Origin: Eledone cirrhosa
Taxonomy: Eukaryota
Reading direction: 5' to 3'
Assembly: GCA_964016885.1 (NCBI GenBank)
Contig: OZ024740.1
Span: 375,472,001 to 375,536,000, forward strand
DNA: 64,000 bases
Within the stretch, counting starts at the first letter, position 1, and each line of letters begins with the position of its first letter. Positions 55,586-64,000 of this stretch are shown one piece after another. The translations under genes and the position numbers were made by a program. The notes beneath the pieces were generated by a model that saw only the letters and a program-made list of their open reading frames with translations, did not search any database and was not told the DNA's origin.

Positions 55586-55960
55586 CCTCTCCAGTAACAT
55601 TGTCTACAAACGTAAGGTCGAAACACCCACGTCCTATAGGGTCTATGTAGGGTTAAACGCCAATATATTCAAGCAGCGTCTTTACATGCACAGCCATTCT
55701 ATTCTTAACCCTTTAAGAAGGAATATGACGTCACTTTCAGCTTATATATGGAGTTTAAAAGACAACCACACCCAATATAGGTTACACTGGGAGATCCTAG
55801 CCAGGGATAGATCGTAAAACGGAAATAAAAGACCTTGTGATTTTTGCGCCGCTGAAGCCCTGGAAATACTCTAAGTCAATGACCACATCTTAAACAAAAA
55901 TTCCGAAGCAATCTCGGCTTGTAAGCAAATTGCATAATACTTTCCTGTATTACAGCCCCA
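55586..55960 (+). mobile_element. PLE GIY-YIG endonuclease fragment
   Basis: SNIVYKRKV..RVYVGLNANIFKQRLYMHSHS..TSLSAYIWSLK..WEILAR, then CDFC and LNKNSEAISACK. Confidence 0.85.
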
Positions 55961-56275
55961 CCTTATACCCTAACATATAGCACGAACAATACGCAGATAA
56001 TTTACGTCTTGATGTGGTAGCTAAGTATATTTTATGTTTGTACCATCACTTATTTGTATTGGTAAGTATACCTTACCTTTATGTGTTATGAAGGTACGTA
56101 TACTTTCTCGTACATGTATATGCTTGTATTTGTTATGGGTGTGTATATAATATTATACTGGTATATGTGTATATGGTTATGTGTATATGTGTATTTACCT
56201 GTAGGTATGTGCGTGCGTGCGTTATATACGCTTTTATCTGTGTATGTTTATATACGTTTGTATAATTATATGAAT

Positions 56276-56375
<100 letters not shown>

Positions 56376-56944
56376 TATATATACTTATATATATTTCATA
56401 TTTGTTTATGTGTATTTGGTGTATACGTACGTAAGTTTGCGGGTACAGGATTTATGTATGTGTGCGCGTGTTTATGTGTACGTACATGTATAGGCATGCA
56501 TGGCGGGTGTTTTGCGTATGCCTGTGTATGAACGTATATAGATGCGTGTATGTATATATTTAATTATTTGATTTTAATAACCTATGTCACTTTCGTTCTA
56601 CTAATTTATTTACATTATTCTTAACTCTGAAGCCGAGAATCATTCGGTTTCCTAAATAGAATATTAGTCTACGACTTCATTTATACCATACGCGTAGTTT
56701 TGTCTTTGCGTGTATTTGTTCTCTCCGCTCCACATAACGACGTATTATCTGACTTTTTCCGTTCATTGCCAGGGAATGTCTTCACGAACCAAAGTATTGT
56801 CTTCCTGTTTACCTTCCGTTGCAACGTTTTTTGAAATATATACTTCTGCGTTCACAGATTGATTTTTTAAATTTCAGAAGATCCCGTTAAGTGTGAAAGC
56901 AGCGATTCTTTGCCTAAACTCTAATCTGTTATTTTAATTTAAAA

Positions 56945-56977
<33 letters not shown>

Positions 56978-57224
56978 GCCAATCATTGGAAGTTTGAATT
57001 TGACATGCAAAAACATATACATGCAAGCCCAAATCATAGTAGATTCAAATACCACAGCGAGAAAGAGAGAGAGTGAGGGGGAGGAGACAAAATTAGGTGC
57101 AACAGAAATGAAACATACATTACAGGTTAAAATATAGTCTAGATAGATGTGAAACAAAATGACGATGTTGTTTATGGAACACCCAAATGATTTAGAAGTC
57201 AACTTTAAGTGGGAGCTATAACGT

Positions 57225-57617
57225 AAAGAAAGACATGAACTACACCACAACACCTTGTTTTCAAAATTTTGAAAGTAGGTTTATAAGTATGAATTTTCAT
57301 AAGATTTTCGTAGTTGTCTGTGTGTCCTAGTGGTAGGAACTAGAGACGGTGGAGCTCCTGACGTTAGGTTCAATCCTGGTCAAGATATCCATGCAAGCTG
57401 TTTTCAGTTTTTATGTTGTAGCCAATACAAAAGAACTGAAAAGATTTACCGGAATACTACTCACGACCAGGATCGAACTTCAGACCAGGATCACCACCGT
57501 CTATGATTCCTCCAACTAGGCCACCGAAACAGCTACGAACGTATAATGAAAATTAATAATTATAAACCTACTTTCAAAATCAGAGTTAAAAAGATGTAGT
57601 GTCGTTTATGGCTTTCC
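57225..57617. repeat. Imperfect fold-back with a tRNA-like sequence in each arm
   Basis: attttgaaagtaggtttataa (57266) / ttataaacctactttcaaaat (ends 57580); A/B-box-like tgtcctagtggtagg..ggttcaatcc (plus) and tggcctagttgg..gttcgatcc (minus). Confidence 0.75.
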
Positions 57618-57869
57618 TAGATCTATAAATAATATTTAGGATTGGCTTCGGTCATTATTTAAAATCTCTGGATTCCGCAAAATATTTAATATTTTTTTTA
57701 TTGGAGCAGGTAAGATATTTTTCAGACAAATTTTGCTCGTACTCTTTTGTTTCCACTTATGTATTTTTCGAAAATGTTATTTATTCATTATGAAAATTAA
57801 ATGATACTATTCTATATGTAGGCGGCCCCCCTTCATCTCCTCGAAACCAATATTTTCAGACCAGTCCGC

Positions 57870-57906
<37 letters not shown>

Positions 57907-57907
<1 letters not shown>

Positions 57908-60900
57908 GTGGGAAAGTAAAAAATCGGAGAATAGACCGTTAAATCATGTTTATTTAAAACAGCACCTACGTACGTTTCGCCCAGTTGGGCTTCTCAAGGG
58001 CATAAACAATCAAAAGTGTTCCTTATTTTGCTCTGAAAGAGTGTTAGGGGTTAAATCCACATCAAGGTTCATTGCTCGCAAAAATAGCTTGTTTCTATTT
58101 TGCAGCAGGTCAAGGGAGGTAACTCTAGCCGGTGTTAAGGCAGTCTTTCCCGGCCATTTTTTTTTTTTTTTTTTGCCGCATCTGTTTGTCTGAGGCTGGG
58201 TCTGGTATGCAAGGATTGTTTCCTAGGTGTTATTTTGCAGCGCCTGCCCGCCGGGGTGTTAAGACTTGTTGCAGGGAGATCCGGTGTACGGTTTCACTCC
58301 TCATCCTTAACCCATCTGAAGAAGGATATTTTTAAGCGATGTGCACAACTTATCGCTGTTTCAGCTCTGCTGTTGATGAGCTCGTGGGGTGCAGTTATGA
58401 TGTGGTAGAGCTCCATGAGGCAAAGATCGCATTTCCTCTTGAAGTTGTACGGTGCAGCCCTACCGACAATCTCCCAGTGCGCGGAGAAGCTGATGTTTAA
58501 GACCTTTAGTGATGTGATGTAGTCTGCGAGCGAAGTGGAGTGCCTTAGTTTTCTATTTGTGAAAGAGTCGAGATGTGTTCGAAACCTAATTTTGAACGGG
58601 CCGGAGGTAGCCCCTATATAATGTTTAACGCTATTGTGGCTAGTAATAGTGAATCTATATATAACCCTATCAGTCAAGCAGTATCCTCTAAGGGGGCAGC
58701 GTCTTCTGTCGCGGCAGTTGCAATTTCTGTCGCGGTTCCGTCTATTTCCCACGGTAAGGCCATCATTGTTGCTGCCTACGTTGTTACTTACGCTACCGCA
58801 GCTGTCGTTAGCACCATTACAACCCACAGCACGCGGGGTGGTGCGATTGTTATTCCGCACGTCATGTCCTGCATGTTCCCTAGTCATTTCGCGGTTATGC
58901 TGGTTGCTTCTGCCGATGCCGTTGTTAACACTATTGGATGCTAGGTGCTGTGTCTTGGTGATCTTACTGTGGTTCGTTGTTCCTATGATGTTTGCTAGGT
59001 TAGGAATAGTAGAGAAGGATATTTTTATATTGTTCCTATTAAGAATTTTTCTATACCTATTTGTTCGGCGGGAAGTTCTTCTCTAAGGCTTCGAAGAACA
59101 TCCGAGGTATGTTGGAGGCCACACTCCGAGAGTAGGGGGGGGGGCATAGGACGTTACGGGGGCGATTACGTGTCCTTGTACTTTTGCTACGGGTGGTTCC
59201 ATCTAGGTGACCGCTCTTATGTGTGTTAATGCGCAGTCGCCCGTTCGGTGCCCCTTTCACTTTATGCTCGGGTGCACTCTTCCTACCTCTTCCATGTTTA
59301 TGTACACAAAGATGTTGGTTGGAAGGCGTTGGTAGAAGGCCGTCGCCTTTGTTGGTTTTGTAATAGGGGAATAGTTCGAGTAATCTACAGTGTTCACTTT
59401 CGCCGGCGTCGTGATCTTTAACGCGGTTATCTATTCTATTATATCCGACTTCAACGAGGTCGGCGCGTCATCGGTTATAGGTATGGCTTACTATAACGTT
59501 TGTTTTATGAGGGGGGGGGGGGGGTTCTAGAGCTAGCGTTAGGGATGTAGGAAATTCCTCGGTTAAAGCCGGCGCTTATCAAGTCCCTATTGTAGTAATC
59601 TGCCGCTTGGTTGAAGATATCCTCATTGGCGGATAGCCTCGAGATTCTATGGGAGATACTATAGACTATGGAGTTGAGAGTCTGCTTAGGGTGGTTGGAG
59701 GCATAATTAATATAAGAGAGGCACTCTCCAGGTTTATGGTATGGCTTGTATAAGCCCGTACTCAACTCCAGGGTCACGTCCAGGAAGTTGACAACCCTGT
59801 GGTTGAGGTCCATAGTTACGGATAGGCCGTATGACTTGAATAACCTGTGTATATGTTTGTTAAGGTTCTCTATCCTACGGGGGCTATGGTACCTGACGGA
59901 AAACAGGGCGTCGTCCCTATATACACCTCCTTGTAGGGCCGGTATCTCTTCCCTAAGCTTATGTAGGAGGTATATCCCGACCAGGTCAGTTGCTTGGGGC
60001 TGAGTCACTGGACCCCATCGTGACATCGAAGTTATCAGGACGGTTGGTTCTGGTCCAGTGGGAGCCTTCGAACTGGATAATGGTTCTACGCGCCGCTAGA
60101 ATTATGTCTATTTCTTTTTTAGTGAGGCTAGTGTTAGATCTAGCTAAGATAAGTGCCTTATTTAAGAGTATGGGGGAGATAGAGGCGTAGTAACTATCTA
60201 TATCAAACTGGATGAATTTCAAGGTGGCGTTATCCGGCAACTCGGTGAACAATTTATGACCTGGTCGGTGTTGCCCCAGAGGCAGACCTTAGCCTTTCTA
60301 TTGAGCTCCAGTAGTACTCTGTCAAGGATCACTTTACTAATCTTACCTATATCTGATGTAGAGGGACATATTAGTCTAATAGAGGGGCTTTCATTAAAGT
60401 CATATTTGTGATCCTTAAGAGAGAATTTAGGCGTCAGAGAGACGTACGGTTTAGTGTACTTTTCTATTTCTAAGCTTGTGACTATATCCTTCCCTACTCT
60501 ATTTATGTCATTTAGGGTACTAGAGGGTGTCTTTTTGTAGTCTTTGTGTAGTTCCTTATAGATGAATTTTTTATACTTACTCGCGTCCATCTTGTACAGC
60601 TTTTTGGTTTTGTCGGAGGTGACGAAGAGGTGCGGGTCATTCTTGATCTTAGTTATTAGTGTATCAAGGGACGTTAAGAATGGATTGCTGCATTGGTGTT
60701 TCTTTCTGAACTTAACGTTTTTGATCATTTTCAGCAGGTCCTCTTCAAAGGAGTCCAGTAAGGTGTTGTGCGGTGGGTTTTGGTATGTTTTGAAGCCATA
60801 TCTCTCTTTGGGTTCAGGATGGTTACGGGTGTTCGTATCCAGGTGGTAGGCCTTCCATCTGACTCTCCGTATAAACGAATTAGTAGCGTCTATAAGCAGT

Positions 60901-61025
60901 TTAAAGTAGGTTTTTCTGCTGGGTAAGGGGATACACTTGAGAGACATGGGTAACGGCTGGTTCTCCAACATAATGGCAAATAAGGTGAGATGCTCTACAA
61001 AAGGAGCACGGTAATACAGTAAATA

Positions 61026-61028
<3 letters not shown>
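57907..61028 (-). mobile_element. Near-complete Penelope-like element (RT, CxC linker, C-terminal GIY-YIG) inserted in (TA)n
   Basis: TSDKTKKLY, LKDHK, QFDIDSYYASI, FDVTMGS, GGVYRDD, VNFLDVTL, SNHP, PPPYS, CNCRDRRRCPLRGYC, VIYRF..HYIGAT..FKIRFRTH, CDLCLME, SCAHR; several frameshifts; TA tracts at both ends. Confidence 0.95.
57962..58001 (-). ncRNA. Minimal hammerhead with U3-A8 core in the 3' pseudo-LTR of the PLE
   Basis: gccc-TTGAGAA-gccc aact gggc-GAAA-cgtacg-TA-ggtgc, then aataaa. Confidence 0.78.
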
Positions 61029-61061
<33 letters not shown>

Positions 61062-61729
61062 ACATGCATGAGTACGTATGCGTCTTTGGGTGTATGTATA
61101 TGTATGTGTAAGTGTATATGTGTGTACGCACATATATGTATACTTGTATAGGTTTTGGTTTGATTAAGTATGTAATATATTGCTTCAAATGTTTGTTTTA
61201 TTTTATCCTCTTGTCGCCTGTATCGTAGTCACCATTGTCATTTACTCCCTATTTTTATTTTTATTGTTTGTCTATTATGTATTTAAACACCGTCACCCCT
61301 TATATTTCAACACTAATGCATTCTCGTATTGCCTTATCTCCTTAATGATTACTTCAAACACTGTGCCAGTTGCAGCCAAGCAGATGGGCGACACGCATGG
61401 AGACATGTGACGAATTGATCGGGATGGTGATAATAGCCGCTAAATTATTAGGAGCTCCCGCTGTTCTCTAACCGAATATAAACCAATAAGTGAATACCAC
61501 TATGATAACATTCATTCTAACATATAAGAAGTAATTCATCAACTCTCAGACAGACCTGAGGAGCTTCCGATTCCAGAGTCTGGTTCGATCATTAATAGAT
61601 CGTTCCTGGAGCTATCGACAGTAAAACATATGTAATATGTTATTAAATATCTATATGATGCAACCCACAGTAACACACACACTATTACATACAATGCGTG
61701 TTCACTTTGCCGTTAGGATAACTATTATC

Positions 61730-61950
61730 AAGGGTGGTGGATTGGCAGTATCTGTAGTGTGTCGGGCAACTTACATTGTGGCATAGAGTTGCGTCCCTTT
61801 ACGTACTGATTTCTAGTCCCGCGAAGGTTAGCTTTGCCTTTCATTCGTACGAGGTAGATAAAATAAGTACCAGTAGTTGGATCGATTTTATCGAAACGTC
61901 CCTCCCAACAATTGTTGGTGTTGTACCTAAATCAGAAACCATTATTATTG
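61730..61950 (+). mobile_element. tRNA-derived SINE, degenerate
   Basis: ggtggattggcagtatctgtag...ctttgcctttcattc...ataaaataagtaccagta...tcagaaaccattatt. Confidence 0.8.
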
Positions 61951-62614
61951 CTGTTGTTGTAGTTATTGTTATTCGTATTTGGACGTAGCAGGTAACACAA
62001 TAAAAACTCTCCACAAATTCACACCCATACACAAACACACATATATTAAACAAATTCCTGTACTTTTGAATTTTGGGGACTGTCACAAAGACAATAGCAA
62101 CTTCCCTTGACTATTGAACAGATGCAAAACAGGTATTAATTATGTTTCTCGTTTCGCCACGAAAGGAACACAAAAGTCGCTGCTTATGCACTTGATAATT
62201 CTCAGCATATCAAATTATACATTAAACTTGAGCCACTTTTCTGCATAAAAAGAACCATGACACTCACGATTTTTGGCGCGAAATTACGAAAATAAAAATG
62301 CGATGCTCAATAATGTGATCCTTCTCAACTTATCAAATTGTACCTCACACGTATAGCAATCCGAACCTCGTTTTTTGCATAAATCTGAAAGAAATATGCA
62401 ACATCATTTCTATGCTCGTAACAAGACGACATAGCCACACATCTCTCCATTTCTCTTCACTTATGAAATTAATAGAACTTGTGAAACCAGTAAAATTATA
62501 CATAATTGTATATAAGCTTTCTTAAAGAATCCATTTACAATTGTAAATTCTTGTGTGCGTGCGTGTATATTTATGTCTGTCTGTGGGTGTGTAGATCCCG
62601 AGTGCTGTCGATAT

Positions 62615-62790
62615 ATTTACCACAGTAAATGAGGTACTCAATAAGTATGAAATCATCAGGAATTCCTAATGATTACATACGAATGAAATAGATCTTGTCA
62701 TGTAGAAGAAATTTGTTTATTAAATGTGGTCGTTCTCACTCTACTAATGTATTGGATATCTCTTTTTTTTACTGTGGTTAAATCGATACC
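62615..62790. repeat. Degenerate family A fold-back
   Basis: ccacagtaaatgaggtactcaata matches 811-834; gaaatcatcaggaat|tcctaatgatt..gaatgaaatag mirrors the 901-950 junction. Confidence 0.6.
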
Positions 62791-62819
62791 ACTAAGGATC
62801 TACACGCACATACATATTA

Positions 62820-62891
<72 letters not shown>

Positions 62892-62906
62892 TAATATGTA
62901 TAGGTG

Positions 62907-63045
<139 letters not shown>

Positions 63046-64000
63046 ATATACAATTATTAATGTATATATATATATATATATATATAAAGAAAAGAAGTTG
63101 AAAATGAATTTGTCGTCTTTAAGATGAATTATTTGCAATAATTTAACCGGTTTCACAATTTCAAAATCCACATGAGATGGTGGAACAGGGTTTATTCCAT
63201 ATTTTCGTTTCCTTTTCCTGAAGTGGACTCGAATGTACCTCTTTGTAAGTTTTTTGACAGATATTTGAATAATTATTCCCCTTTAGTGTCATAATTGTGT
63301 TAATATCTATATTTCCACTATTATCAATGTTTCGTAGTAGCTAAGAATATTTCATATAACTCTAAGTGGCAGGTTGTTTATGCGGCATAGTTCCATAAGC
63401 ATTTATCTTCTCAAAGCGGTCCTCAAGAAATGATTGTAATTGCTGGAATAGATTTAACCATTGTTCGGTTCAGTTAGATGTAACCAGAAGCTAAATAATA
63501 GCGGTAGCAACAACACAGCACGAATGTTGTCCTCTAGTTTATTACATAGGAAACACATTCTTGCTTACATATATTTTAACTTGTATTTGTTTCTATTTAT
63601 TAACTTATGGTTGACTTTCTTCAATAGCAGTCATTCTTATCGTTTTGGAGAATTTTCAGATAGTTAGAAATGTTTGTGTTTATATTGGTTTTATAAATTA
63701 TTGGGAACATTTTCAGTAAACTTTTCTCCGTCAAGCCTTGATTAGCATAGATTAATTTTAAAACCAAAAAATAGTAACTGTGCTACCTTTCCTTGAATTA
63801 GTAAATTATGTATATACGATGTTAAGTTATGACTAAAACATGTTTTAAATTGCATTTGATGTAGGCAGATATAAATCTCATGTTTGTATACGGAATTTTT
63901 TCAATCAGATTGATGATATTTCGAAACTATAAATACTTATATCATCTTTAGATAATTTCAATAGTGAAATCGATAAATGTTGACAGATTTTTTAATACAT

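Noticed and set aside
56625-56670. ctgaag-ccga..tcgg as the hammerhead of the 55.6-kb PLE fragment
   Set aside because: The core is incomplete and no GAAA follows the hairpin.
57315-57385. Functional tRNA gene
   Set aside because: A/B-box-like motifs are present, but I could not build a cloverleaf.
58294-58887. Selenocysteine recoding as in some Naiad PLEs
   Set aside because: The conserved Cys positions use normal Cys codons, and the endonuclease is C-terminal, unlike Naiads.

Overview
This is AT-rich eukaryotic repetitive DNA with no recognisable intact host gene. The dense (TA)n/(CA)n tracts and a recurring ~185-bp tRNA-derived SINE suggest a cephalopod (octopus-like) genome; that is an inference. 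The window is a nest of decayed mobile elements: Penelope-like elements (PLEs, RT plus C-terminal GIY-YIG), L1/Tx1-like, RTE-like and CR1-like LINE fragments, SINEs, a solo LTR, and probable piggyBac and Ty3/gypsy remnants. The main hidden signal is RNA structure. Reading both strands by eye gives type-I hammerhead ribozyme (HHR) folds in at least eight distinct short repeat families. Nearly all lie in or next to (TA)n tracts, often in PLE-style tandem or fold-back arrangements, and some have non-canonical cores (U3-A8 swap, U4A). A very homogeneous 609-bp x 7.6 tandem array (38841-43469) carries an incomplete HHR-like fold in each unit and is a candidate retrozyme-like or pseudo-LTR array. 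All folds and family calls were made by eye with no searches run, and boundaries of decayed elements are approximate.
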